This document shows, piece after piece, positions 36,116 through 44,924 of a DNA stretch of 64,000 bases. Source of the DNA: Chloroflexia bacterium (lineage in GTDB: Bacteria > Chloroflexota > Chloroflexia > DTKN01); assembly GCA_036172265.1 (NCBI GenBank), contig JASFBA010000017.1:8431-72430 (forward strand), read 5' to 3'. Numbering within the stretch: the first letter of the stretch is position 1; every line of letters begins with the position of its first letter. A program made the translations under genes and the position numbers. Below the pieces are notes generated by a model that was given only the letters and a program-made list of their open reading frames with translations, made no database searches and was not told the DNA's origin.

Positions 36116-37560
36116 CGGCCTCCTCCGCTTTCGTTCCGGGGAAAAGAGCGAAAGACCGGCCGCCAGATCCGTTCTCGTAACCTTTGCCCATACCGGGCCT
36201 CGGCCCGGGCGACCAACTCCTCGGCCAGGGCGTTATGCCGGGCGATCAGGGCCGGCAGGTCCAGGCCGGGGATTTCTCCCTCCCAGACCCGAATCTGCCC
36301 CTGCACCATCGCCAGGTCCACCTGCACCGGGCTGCACAAAACCAGGGCAGCCACGGGGTCGTGCTGGGATCCGGCATACTCCAGCCGCTCCCGCCGCACC
36401 CCTATAAGGTCGGCCGCCCGGCCCGGCGCAAGCGCCCCAATGTCATCCCGCCCGAGGAGGCGTGCTCCTCCCAGCGTGGACATCTCCAGCACCTGGCTTG
36501 CCGAAAGAGCCGCGGCTCCGTAGCGTACTCGCTGCAGGAGGAGGGCTTGCCGAACCTCGGCCAGCATATGGGAGGAATCGTTGCTGGCGCTTCCGTCCAC
36601 GGCCAGCCCGACCGTAACCCCCGCCTCCAGCATCGGCACGATCGGGGCGATGCCCGAGCCCAGGCGCATGTTCGAGGTGGGGCAGTGGGCTACTCCGCTC
36701 CCGGTCTCTGCCAGGCGGGCGATTTCTTTCCGGTTCACATAGACAACGTGGGCAAACCATACGTCCGGGCCGAGCCAGCCGAGTTCCTCCATCAGTGCCA
36801 GAGGACGCCGGCCGTACACCTCTAGACAGTAGCGTTCTTCATCCTGGGTCTCGGCCAGGTGGGTATGCAGCCGCACCCCTTCCCGCCGGCCCAGGTCGCG
36901 GATCTCCTCCATAGCCCGCCGGCTGACGGAGAAGGGGGAACAGGGGGAAAGGTCAATGCGCAACATCGCGTAGGGGTGGGGGTCGTGATAGGTGCGAATC
37001 AGACGCTCGCAATCGGCCAGGATGGTCTCCTCGTCCTGGACGACCTCGTCGGGCGGGAGGCCGCCTTCTTTCTGACCCCGGGACATACTGCCCCGGCCGG
37101 CGTGGAAGCGGATGCCCAGTTCGCGGGCAGCGGCGATTTCGGCATCTATGGACACGTCGCTGCTATTGGGGAAGACATAAAATAAATCGCTCGTAGTGGT
37201 GCAGCCGCTCAGCAGAAGTTCGGCCAGGCCGACCTTGGCGCTCACGTAGACCGCCTCGGCGGTGAGTTCGCCCCAGACGTGGTACAGGTGGGTCAGCCAG
37301 TTGAAGAGTTCGGCATCCTGGACGGCCGGGAGAGCGCGGGTGAGGGTCTGGTAGAGGTGGTGATGGGTATTGACCAGGCCGGGCAGGATGACCATGCCTC
37401 GGGCATCCACCACCTGGTCGGCCCGCTCGGGGAGTTCGGCGGTCGGGCCAACCTGACGGATGATGCCGCCTTCGATGAGGAGGCCGCCGTCTGGGATGAT
37501 GTGGCGACCTTCATCCATAGTCACCAAAAGGTCGGCGTGTCGCAGAAGGATGCCGGGCAT
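36112..37560 (-). CDS. amidohydrolase-superfamily deaminase (8-oxoguanine deaminase-like)
   Basis: ..ILPGLVNTHHHLYQTLTRA..THLAE..FAHVVY..GLAVDGSASND. ATG 37560 lies behind AGGAGG. The stop overlaps the HIT start (ATGA). Confidence 0.75.
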   Translation of the reverse strand: MPGILLRHADLLVTMDEGRHIIPDGGLLIEGGIIRQVGPTAELPERADQVVDARGMVILPGLVNTHHHLYQTLTRALPAVQDAELFNWLTHLYHVWGELTAEAVYVSAKVGLAELLLSGCTTTSDLFYVFPNSSDVSIDAEIAAARELGIRFHAGRGSMSRGQKEGGLPPDEVVQDEETILADCERLIRTYHDPHPYAMLRIDLSPCSPFSVSRRAMEEIRDLGRREGVRLHTHLAETQDEERYCLEVYGRRPLALMEELGWLGPDVWFAHVVYVNRKEIARLAETGSGVAHCPTSNMRLGSGIAPIVPMLEAGVTVGLAVDGSASNDSSHMLAEVRQALLLQRVRYGAAALSASQVLEMSTLGGARLLGRDDIGALAPGRAADLIGVRRERLEYAGSQHDPVAALVLCSPVQVDLAMVQGQIRVWEGEIPGLDLPALIARHNALAEELVARAEARYGQRLRERIWRPVFRSFPRNESGGGR

Positions 37561-37667
37561 CGGAACCTCCTGGGTCGTTTCGGCTATGCGGACATCTATT
37601 TCCAACAATTGCTCGGCCATAGCAATAGTTTAACACATTTCCCGCAAATAGGAAATGGGGGCAAGAC

Positions 37668-37682
37668 AACTCCTGCGGAGTT
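37668..37682. repeat. CAACTCC-N3-GGAGTT palindrome, copy c
   Basis: AACTCC TGC GGAGTT followed by CCTACTTTGCC, between divergent promoters. Confidence 0.5.
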
Positions 37683-37688
37683 CCTACT

Positions 37689-37717
37689 TTGCCGAATTTC
37701 AGAGGACGTGGTATACT
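37689..37717 (+). promoter_or_regulatory. candidate promoter of the alaX-like gene
   Basis: TTGCCG-N17-TATACT with a TGg extension. Confidence 0.5.
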
Positions 37718-37744
37718 ACCCCTGGCGTCTTATGAGGATGACGT

Positions 37745-38944
37745 ATGCCCACCGAACGGCTCTATTACGATGACCCTTTTTTCCTTTCCTTCACCGCCCG
37801 GGTGGTGGAACGCCGCACCATCGAGGGCCGGCCGGCCCTCCTTCTCGACCGCACGGCCTTTTACCCCACTTCCGGCGGCCAGCCGCACGATCGGGGCACT
37901 TTGAACGGCATCCCGGTACAGGAGGTGCGCGAGGAGGAGGGGGAAATCCTTCACATCCTGGAGGAAGAGCCGGCCGGCGACGTCGTCCATGGACAGGTGG
38001 AACGAGAGCGACGCTTCGACCATATGCAGCAGCACACCGGCCAGCATATCCTTTCCCAGTCCTTTGAACGAAGGGGAGCGGCCACCTCCTCGTTTCATAT
38101 CGGGGAGGAGGCTTCCACTATTGACTTGGATCGGGCCCCTTTCTCCCTCGAGGAACTGACCCGGGCAGAAGATGAGGCCAACGCCATCGTCTTTGAAGAT
38201 CGGCCGGTGCGCACCTACTTCGTCACGCCGGAGGAACTGGCCCGTCTGCCCCTGCGCAAGAGTCCGGCCGGGCACGAACACGTGCGCATCGTCGAGGTGG
38301 ATGGGTATGATTGGTCTCCCTGCGGCGGCACACACTGCACCCGCACCGGGCAAGTTGGCCTGATTCACATCGTCCACAGCGAACGGCGCGGTGCGGAGAC
38401 ACGAATTACCTTCCTCTGCGGCTGGCGGGCGCTACGGGATGCCCGCTGGAAACATCACCTGCTCACCCAGATGGGCAACGCGCTCACGGTGGGGCTTCCT
38501 TTCCTGCCCGAGGCTGTGGCAAAACTCTCTGCCGCGGTTGAGGAATCCCGTAAGGCGTTGGAACAAGCCCGCCGGGCACTTTTTCGCTACGAAGCACGCG
38601 AACTCTACGGAGGGGCCGAGGTCGTTGGCCCGGCGCGGGTGGTACGGGCCGCTTTCGCCGGGCGGTCGCTGGAAGAGGTACGCCTGCTGGCCCGGGAGAT
38701 CGCCGCGTTACCTGGAGGGGTAGCGCTCCTAGGCATCGCTGGAGAGGAAGGCCGACTCTGCTTTGCCCGGGCGGAGGGTCTTCCCTGGGATATGGGAACA
38801 TTGGTGCGCGAGGCCGCCGCTATCCTTGGCGGCCGCGGCGGCGGCCGGCCACACGACGCTCAGGGAGGAGGACCGGAGGTCGGCCGGCTGGAGGAAGCCC
38901 TGGAGCGCGCGCTAGAACGCCTTCGAGCATGGGGGGCGTCATGA
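37745..38944 (+). CDS. alaX: AlaX-L type alanyl-tRNA editing protein (AlaRS second additional domain + DHHA1-like C-terminus)
   Basis: ..DRTAFYPTSGGQPHDRG.., HMQQHTGQHIL (HxxxH), ..SPCGGTHC.. (CxxxH) zinc motifs. Confidence 0.8.
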   Translation: MPTERLYYDDPFFLSFTARVVERRTIEGRPALLLDRTAFYPTSGGQPHDRGTLNGIPVQEVREEEGEILHILEEEPAGDVVHGQVERERRFDHMQQHTGQHILSQSFERRGAATSSFHIGEEASTIDLDRAPFSLEELTRAEDEANAIVFEDRPVRTYFVTPEELARLPLRKSPAGHEHVRIVEVDGYDWSPCGGTHCTRTGQVGLIHIVHSERRGAETRITFLCGWRALRDARWKHHLLTQMGNALTVGLPFLPEAVAKLSAAVEESRKALEQARRALFRYEARELYGGAEVVGPARVVRAAFAGRSLEEVRLLAREIAALPGGVALLGIAGEEGRLCFARAEGLPWDMGTLVREAAAILGGRGGGRPHDAQGGGPEVGRLEEALERALERLRAWGAS

Positions 38945-40311
38945 ACTCGGTGCTTCTCAACATCGCTTGGGTAGCAGCCATGTCCCTCCTGGGGCTGGCC
39001 CTGCCGGTGGGAATAGGGGTAATGGCCGGCCGGGGAGAAAGGGGAGGAGAGGGGGGACGGCTGCTTCTGGCCGGCCTGCTGGCCCTCCTGGTCTCCTGGG
39101 CCTGCGGTTTTTCTCTGCAATATGGGGCCATCCACGTCACGCAACTCGGCGAGGCACCCCGGCCGGCCTGGCAGTGGTCTCCCTTCGGGGAAGGATCGGG
39201 GTTGCTGGCCTGGGGAGGGCCGGGGTTGCCGGTAGAGGCGGGTAGACCGGCCCTCTTCCTCCTCCAGGCGGTGGGAGCGGCGACGGCAGTCGTGCTGGCG
39301 ATGGCTCCACTCGGGCGGGGGTTTCCCGGCCCTAGCCTGGTTGGAATGGCCGTGCTGATCGGCGGAGTTTTTTACCCCCTTCTCGGCCACTGGGTCTGGG
39401 GAGGGGGATGGCTGGCAGCCGTCGGCCGGACGGCCTATATGGGTCACGGTTTCATAGACTATGGCGGGGCCGGGGTGCACTATGCCCTGGGCGGGTTGCT
39501 GGCGCTGGCCGGACTACTGGCCATCCGGGAGAAGGGACGCCCTCCGGAAGAAACAGCCGAACTTTCCCTACCCTCGCTCCGCCTGCGCTCGCGCCGGCAA
39601 CTTGACCAGGAGGTCCGTCAGGTAGCGGAGGAGGGATTGCGGCAGGCTGAAAGGCCCCTCCTGCCGGCCGGCCTGGGATCGTATCTCGGGGGAAGTCTCC
39701 TAGCCCTGCTGGGGCTGACCGCCCTGAACCTGGCGGCGGCCTGGGAAGTGGTGCCCCGGCTGGCACTGGTGGCGGCCAACACCTGGCTCAGCGCAGCCGC
39801 GGGAGGCCTTGCAGCAGCCGTCTATATGGCCTTTACCACGGCCCGCTTCCACCCGATTATGCTGGCCCGGGGGCTCCTGGCCGGGGCGGTGGCCGGGTCC
39901 GGCCTGTCCCCGTTCGCCTTACCGACTGCCATGCTGGCGGTAGGAGCAGGGGCCGGCCTCATCGTCTGCCTGGGAAGTTACCTCCTGACCCAGGTTTGGC
40001 ATCTGCCGGATGCGGCTGGAATCGTGCCGGCCTTTGGTTTCGCCGGCCTGTGGGGCGTCCTGGCGGTAGGCCTCTTTGCCGACGGTACCTTCGGCCAGGG
40101 GTTGAACGGGGTAGGGGCCGGCCTTTACCTGGGGGTGGCCGGCCAGGGGGTGAGCGGCGTCCTCCTCCTGTCCTCGGGCATGCGGCCCGACTTCGGGCAA
40201 CTGACGGCCCAACTTCTGGGCCTCGTGGTCATCGCAGGTTGGGCACTGGGGCCGGGATGGCTCTTCTTCCGGCTGGGATCCAGGCCGGTTCCGTTGGTGG
40301 TTCGCTCCTGA
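38941..40311 (+). CDS. divergent Amt/Rh-family (ammonium-transporter-like) membrane protein
   Basis: ..GHWVWGGGWLA..GFIDYGGAGVHYALGG.. resembles the AmtB HMVWGGG / DFAGGTVVH region. The ATGA overlaps the alaX stop. Several pore motifs look altered. Confidence 0.6.
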   Translation: MNSVLLNIAWVAAMSLLGLALPVGIGVMAGRGERGGEGGRLLLAGLLALLVSWACGFSLQYGAIHVTQLGEAPRPAWQWSPFGEGSGLLAWGGPGLPVEAGRPALFLLQAVGAATAVVLAMAPLGRGFPGPSLVGMAVLIGGVFYPLLGHWVWGGGWLAAVGRTAYMGHGFIDYGGAGVHYALGGLLALAGLLAIREKGRPPEETAELSLPSLRLRSRRQLDQEVRQVAEEGLRQAERPLLPAGLGSYLGGSLLALLGLTALNLAAAWEVVPRLALVAANTWLSAAAGGLAAAVYMAFTTARFHPIMLARGLLAGAVAGSGLSPFALPTAMLAVGAGAGLIVCLGSYLLTQVWHLPDAAGIVPAFGFAGLWGVLAVGLFADGTFGQGLNGVGAGLYLGVAGQGVSGVLLLSSGMRPDFGQLTAQLLGLVVIAGWALGPGWLFFRLGSRPVPLVVRS

Positions 40312-40364
40312 CCCTCTCGCCCCTCGTCCTTTCACAAACTTCGCCAACCTGTACCGTCGAGATG

Positions 40365-40393
40365 TTGCATATTTGTTTTGACCGTGTTATCAT
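40365..40393 (+). promoter_or_regulatory. candidate promoter of the GT2 gene
   Basis: TTGCAT-N17-TATCAT. Confidence 0.45.
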
Positions 40394-40518
40394 TCGAATG
40401 TCCTAGGTGAATTCGACACGAGACTGGGCAGCTACTGACATAAGGTAATTTCCGGCATCCAGGTCCCATCTCAACGGTGGCGAGGTAGCAGCCGGAATGA
40501 GGCCGCGGAGGATGTGGA

Positions 40519-41577
40519 GTGAGGCGGAAGTTGGACAAAGAGGCGGAGATTGCCGATCAGGTGGTGAAGTTTGCCCGGCCGGGCCGGATCACCCTGAGCG
40601 TCGTTATCCCCACGCTGAACGAGGCCGGCTATCTGCCCCGCCTGCTCGATGCGCTGGCCGCACAGACCTGGCCGGCCGATGAAATCATCGTCGCCGATGC
40701 CTGCTCGACCAACGGCACGGCCGAACTGGCCCGAGAGCGCGGAGCCCGCGTGGTCCACGGGGGCCGCCCGGCCGTCGGGCGGAACGCCGGTGCCCGGGTG
40801 GCCACAGGCGACCTCCTCCTCTTCCTGGATGCCGATGTGCTGCCGCCCCCCAACTTCATCGAACGTGCCGTACAAGAGTTCCTGCGGAAAAGGTACGACG
40901 TGGCCACGGCCTGGATGGTCACCTGGGACGGCAACCTTCTGGAGCAGGCCGTCTATGGGGCGGCCAGCCTCTACTTTTTCCTGATGCAATCCTTTCGTCC
41001 CTACGCCCCCGGCTTCTGCATCCTGGTGCGACGGGAACTGCACGAAAAGATCGGCGGCTTTGACGAGACGTTGCCTCTGAGCGAAGACGTGGATTACGTC
41101 CGGCGGGCGGCCCGGCACGGTCGCTTTGGCGTCCTGACCGGCACCCGCATCGCGGCCTCGGTGCGGAGGATTCGGAAGGAGGGGATGCTCCGGCTGGGGA
41201 TGAAGTATCTCTGGTGCGAGGGAAACCTTCTGAGGGGCCGGTCTATCCAGGAAATTCCCTTCGAGTACGAATTCGGTGCCTTCCCGCCGCCGGAGCGCCG
41301 GAAAAAGCCGGCCATCCACCAACCCCTCCGTCGCCTCTCGCTTTCGCTACGCCTGCGAGAGCAGCTCGAAGTACTCCAACGGCTGTTCGGCCGCTCGCTT
41401 CCCCTATGGGCCTCGCTTTCCCTTCAGGGAACATCGCTTCAACGGTTTTTCCGGTCTGTGCCCCGGCGGTTCTCGCCCCATTTCGAACTCGGCCGGCTGT
41501 GGAGGGGACCCTCATCCCCCGACCCCCTCTCCCAGCGGAAGAAGAAAGAGGGAGTAAGGGGAAAGGGAGCATCATAA
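40519..41577 (+). CDS. GT2-family glycosyltransferase
   Basis: ..LSVVIPTLNEAGYL..IIVADACSTNGT..LLFLDADV (DxD)..; C-terminal basic tail. Confidence 0.8.
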   Translation: MRRKLDKEAEIADQVVKFARPGRITLSVVIPTLNEAGYLPRLLDALAAQTWPADEIIVADACSTNGTAELARERGARVVHGGRPAVGRNAGARVATGDLLLFLDADVLPPPNFIERAVQEFLRKRYDVATAWMVTWDGNLLEQAVYGAASLYFFLMQSFRPYAPGFCILVRRELHEKIGGFDETLPLSEDVDYVRRAARHGRFGVLTGTRIAASVRRIRKEGMLRLGMKYLWCEGNLLRGRSIQEIPFEYEFGAFPPPERRKKPAIHQPLRRLSLSLRLREQLEVLQRLFGRSLPLWASLSLQGTSLQRFFRSVPRRFSPHFELGRLWRGPSSPDPLSQRKKKEGVRGKGAS

Positions 41578-41643
41578 ACTCGCCCTATCCCCCCCCTGAC
41601 CCTGGCCTGGGATTGGGCCTCGCTGGGGGGCAGGCTGCGAAGT

Positions 41644-42171
41644 CTATTCCCCCAGCCCGCTCAGGCGGCGGGCCAGGCGACGGGCGGCCGCTTCGCAATA
41701 GGCCCGCACATCGGCCCACTCAATAGGGACAAGCATCTGCGGCACAGGCTGCTGTTCGGCCTCTTCGAAATAGGCGAGGGCCCGCACCGCGATGGCCAGG
41801 AAACGGGGGCGATCGGCATACTTGACCGGGGCCAGTTCCAAGAGATGATCCAGGGAGATAACGTTCCGAAGGCATTAGAGATCGATGAAATCCCGCCGCG
41901 TGCCCCGCGAGTTGATCGCCGCAAGTTTCATCAGCCCGATATCGGTGGGCGAGGCCAGGTTCAGGCCACGATACACGACCGGGGCTTCCAACAGGGGATG
42001 AGGCTGGTAGAGGAAACCGACTTCCACGCCCAGCAAGCGGGTGAACAGCATCCCCTCCTGTTCCGAGACCACTTCGAAGTGGCCTGCTTGCCCCAGGAGC
42101 CGGCAGATGTCGGCCCGTTCAGCGTACCTGCTCCCACGAGCCTCGCTCCAGGATGCGCTCGATAATGACAC
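41644..42171 (-). pseudogene. remnant of an AbiEii/AbiGii-type nucleotidyltransferase toxin gene (N-terminally truncated, in-frame TAA at 41875-41877)
   Basis: Track ORFs 41875..42171 and 41644..41841 share a frame: ..GLMKLAAINSRGTRRDFIDL * CLRNVISLDHLLELAPVKY..ALAYFEEAEQQP. The NTase core N-terminus is missing. Confidence 0.55.
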
Positions 42172-42286
42172 CGGCGTGGTCCTCCGGATTCATGGTGGCG
42201 AAATCGTATTCCGGGAAGAGCCAGGAGGCGTCGGCCGGCAGCGTCTCCGGACGGTGAACGGGAGGTTGCTCTACAGGCGTCGTCAT
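42119..42286 (-). pseudogene. 55-aa ORF, probable truncated partner (antitoxin-like) gene of the remnant
   Basis: Own translation: MTTPVEQPPVHRPETLPADASWLFPEYDFATMNPEDHAGVIIERILERGSWEQVR*. AGGAGG SD 5 nt upstream. Overlaps the NTase remnant in another frame. Confidence 0.35.
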
Positions 42287-42303
42287 TTTACCCTCCTGGC
42301 TTG

Positions 42304-42327
42304 GGACAACTCCTTGCGGAGTTGTCC
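42304..42327. repeat. CAACTCC-N4-GGAGTTG palindrome, copy d (best copy)
   Basis: GGACAACTCC TTGC GGAGTTGTCC, a 10-bp perfect stem, followed by TACATCATAACC. Confidence 0.65.
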
Positions 42328-42330
42328 TAC

Positions 42331-42359
42331 ATCATAACCCCGATGTCCCGGTTGGTCAA
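42331..42359 (-). promoter_or_regulatory. candidate promoter of the TA-remnant locus
   Basis: Minus strand TTGACC-N17-TATGAT; the predicted start site falls inside palindrome d. Confidence 0.45.
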
Positions 42360-42713
42360 AGGCATTCTGATAATGACATAATAGATTTCACTCTCTGTGC
42401 ATAACGGAAGTCGAGGAAAATGCGAGTGTCGGCGGTGCAGGTCTAGCGGTCAGAAGATGCCTGGGCGATCCTTCAGGAAGGGGATAGGGCCGAGGGGCAG
42501 GGAGCCTCCCATTTACTTCCGATAAGAGTTCTTATGTTACCTCAAGCCCCCCTCGAGCCCTGTTATTGACATAATTACTTAGGCCGGCTGAACCGTGCTC
42601 CTTCCTGTCCCTGCCATCTGTCGCGTGGTTCTCCTCTCTTCCCAACTCTTTCCTGATCCTGCCCCAACATATTATGCCAACACCCCCTGCCGAACCTTAT
42701 CGGGCCATCCAAC

Positions 42714-42742
42714 TTGACATCGGTCCCAATATCGGCTAAAGT
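42714..42742 (+). promoter_or_regulatory. candidate promoter of the MFS gene
   Basis: TTGACA-N17-TAAAGT. Confidence 0.5.
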
Positions 42743-42814
42743 TTCCCCGGCACATACACAATTCCTGTCCGAACGACGAACCTTCAACCTCTAACTTCCA
42801 TAAAGGACCGAACG

Positions 42815-44242
42815 ATGGAAACGCCGACCTTACGCCGCTATACCCTCCTGATCACCACCCTCTCTTCTTTTCTAACCCCATTTATGTCAAGCGCAGTGAA
42901 CCTGGCCCTCAAGGACATCGGCCGAGACCTGGCCGCCGATGCCGTGGCCCTGGCCTGGGTACAATCAGCCCACCTCTTGGCTTCAGCCGCCTTCCTCCCG
43001 CCCCTGGGCCGGGCCGCCGACCTCTATGGCCGACGTCGGGTCTTCCTGGCCGGCCTCCTGGTCTATGGAATTTCTTCCATCCTCTGCACCCTGGCCGGCT
43101 CGATCTCGTTCCTCATCGCCGCCCGCGTCCTCCAAGGCATCGGCGGTTCGATGGTCTTTGGCACGGCCGTGGCCATCCTCACCTCCGTTTTCCCGCCGGC
43201 CGAACGGGGCCGCGTCCTGGGCATCAACATCGCCGCTGTCTACACCGGCCTGACGCTGGGCCCCTCCCTCGGTGGCTTCCTCACCCAGCACTTGGGTTGG
43301 AGAACCATCTTCGCCCTCGCCGCCGCCCTCGCCCTGGCCCTCCTTCCCCTGACCCTCCTCCGGCTGCGCGGCGAATGGGCCGACGCCGCCGGCCAGCACT
43401 TCGAATGGGCCGGCGCCCTCCTCTTCTGTACTTCCCTCCTGGGCTTTCTCGGGGGACTTGCCTCCCTTCGGGAAAGCGCCCTCTCGCCCTACCTGGCCAC
43501 TGCCGGCCTTGTGGGCCTGGCCACTTTCACCCTCTGGGAACTCCGCCGGCGAGAGCCCCCCTTTCCCTACCTCCTGCGCCGCCTCTGGCCGACCGAACCC
43601 CTCCTGGACCTGCGCCGCTTCCGCGGCAACCTCACCTTTATCTTCTCCAACCTGGCCGCCCTGATCCATTACAGCGCTACCCACTCCATCTCCTTCCTCC
43701 TCTCCCTCTACCTGCAAAAAGTGCTGGACCTGCCACCCCAACAGGCCGGCCTGGTCCTCCTAGCCCAGCCGGCCGTGATGGCCCTCCTTTCCCCGCCGGC
43801 CGGCCGCCTTTCCGACCGAACTCAACCCCGCCTTTTGGCTTCCCTGGGCATGGCCGTGATGGCCGGAGGCCTCTTCTCTCTCTCCACGTTGGGAAGCGAC
43901 TCCCCCATCGCCCTGGTGGTCGCCTTCCTAACCCTCATCGGACTAGGCTATGCCCTTTTCTCCGCGCCCAATACCAACGCCGTGATGGGGGCAGTGGGCC
44001 GGCGCGACTACGGCGTGGCTTCCTCGACCTTGGCCACGATGCGCCTGACCGGCCAGGCCGTCAGCATGGCCTTGGTCACACTCCTGGTCTCGGCCTATAT
44101 CGGCCGGGTCGAATGGGAAAACCTCCTGCCCGAACAAATCCTTTCGGTCATGGGCCTCGCCTTCCGTATCTTTACCGGCCTGTGCCTGCTGGGGATGCTG
44201 GCCTCGCTCGCCCGGGGGAAAATGGAAAGGGAGACATCCTAA
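42815..44242 (+). CDS. MFS transporter, DHA2 (EmrB/QacA-like, 14-TMS) family
   Basis: 475 aa with about 14 hydrophobic segments; ..GRAADLYGRRRVFLAG.. (motif A-like), ..LQGIGGSMVF.. Confidence 0.8.
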   Translation: METPTLRRYTLLITTLSSFLTPFMSSAVNLALKDIGRDLAADAVALAWVQSAHLLASAAFLPPLGRAADLYGRRRVFLAGLLVYGISSILCTLAGSISFLIAARVLQGIGGSMVFGTAVAILTSVFPPAERGRVLGINIAAVYTGLTLGPSLGGFLTQHLGWRTIFALAAALALALLPLTLLRLRGEWADAAGQHFEWAGALLFCTSLLGFLGGLASLRESALSPYLATAGLVGLATFTLWELRRREPPFPYLLRRLWPTEPLLDLRRFRGNLTFIFSNLAALIHYSATHSISFLLSLYLQKVLDLPPQQAGLVLLAQPAVMALLSPPAGRLSDRTQPRLLASLGMAVMAGGLFSLSTLGSDSPIALVVAFLTLIGLGYALFSAPNTNAVMGAVGRRDYGVASSTLATMRLTGQAVSMALVTLLVSAYIGRVEWENLLPEQILSVMGLAFRIFTGLCLLGMLASLARGKMERETS

Positions 44243-44829
44243 CGCGCTGTACCGCCCAGGCGCAACACCTGCAGCGGCGTATAAAGCGGACCCTCCGGCC
44301 GCAAATCGCTCCGCATCACTACGATTTCCTCCACCCGCCAGCGGCCCAGCGAAGGCACTTCCAACCCGCCCACCAATTGCCCCAGCGAGCGGGCCTCGGC
44401 CGGCGAAGCCCGGTCCTGCACCCGCCCCAGCGTCAGGTGGGGCGAAAAAGGGCGTTCCTCCCTCGGGAAGCCGGCCTGGGCCAGTTCCCGCTCCAGCCTT
44501 TCCTGAAGCGCCTGTAGCGCCGGAAGGTCGCCCTGTACCCCCACCCAGACCACCCGAGGACGCCGCAGGTTCGGAAAGACTCCCGCACCGACCGCCTCCA
44601 GTTCAAAGGGAACGGCAGAAGCAGCCACCCGCTCGACCACCTGGCAGACCGTCTCCACCTGTTCGGCCGGAATCTCTCCCAGGAACTTCAGGGTAACGTG
44701 AATCCTCTCGGGAGAAACCCAGCGCACCGGCGGATGGGAACGCTTCAAATCCTCCTGCACCCGAACCAGGCCACGCTGCACATCTCCCGGCAACTCGACG
44801 GCGATAAAGGTGCGAATCCGCTCAGCCAT
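44239..44829 (-). CDS. thpR: RNA 2',3'-cyclic phosphodiesterase (2H family, ThpR/LigT)
   Basis: Two HxTx motifs: HVTLKF and HLTLGR. Confidence 0.85.
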   Translation of the reverse strand: MAERIRTFIAVELPGDVQRGLVRVQEDLKRSHPPVRWVSPERIHVTLKFLGEIPAEQVETVCQVVERVAASAVPFELEAVGAGVFPNLRRPRVVWVGVQGDLPALQALQERLERELAQAGFPREERPFSPHLTLGRVQDRASPAEARSLGQLVGGLEVPSLGRWRVEEIVVMRSDLRPEGPLYTPLQVLRLGGTAR

Positions 44830-44924
44830 ATTTCTTCCTCAAATGCTCAACGATCGACGATTGACGCTCCACCCCAAACACTTGCCCGGGCGGTGGATAT
44901 GGGTATCCCCCGGAAAAGAGGGAT

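Noticed and set aside
42575-42787. 70-aa minus-strand ORF in the MFS upstream region.
   Set aside because: It has no SD, runs across the predicted MFS promoter, and has an odd composition. I treat it as non-coding.
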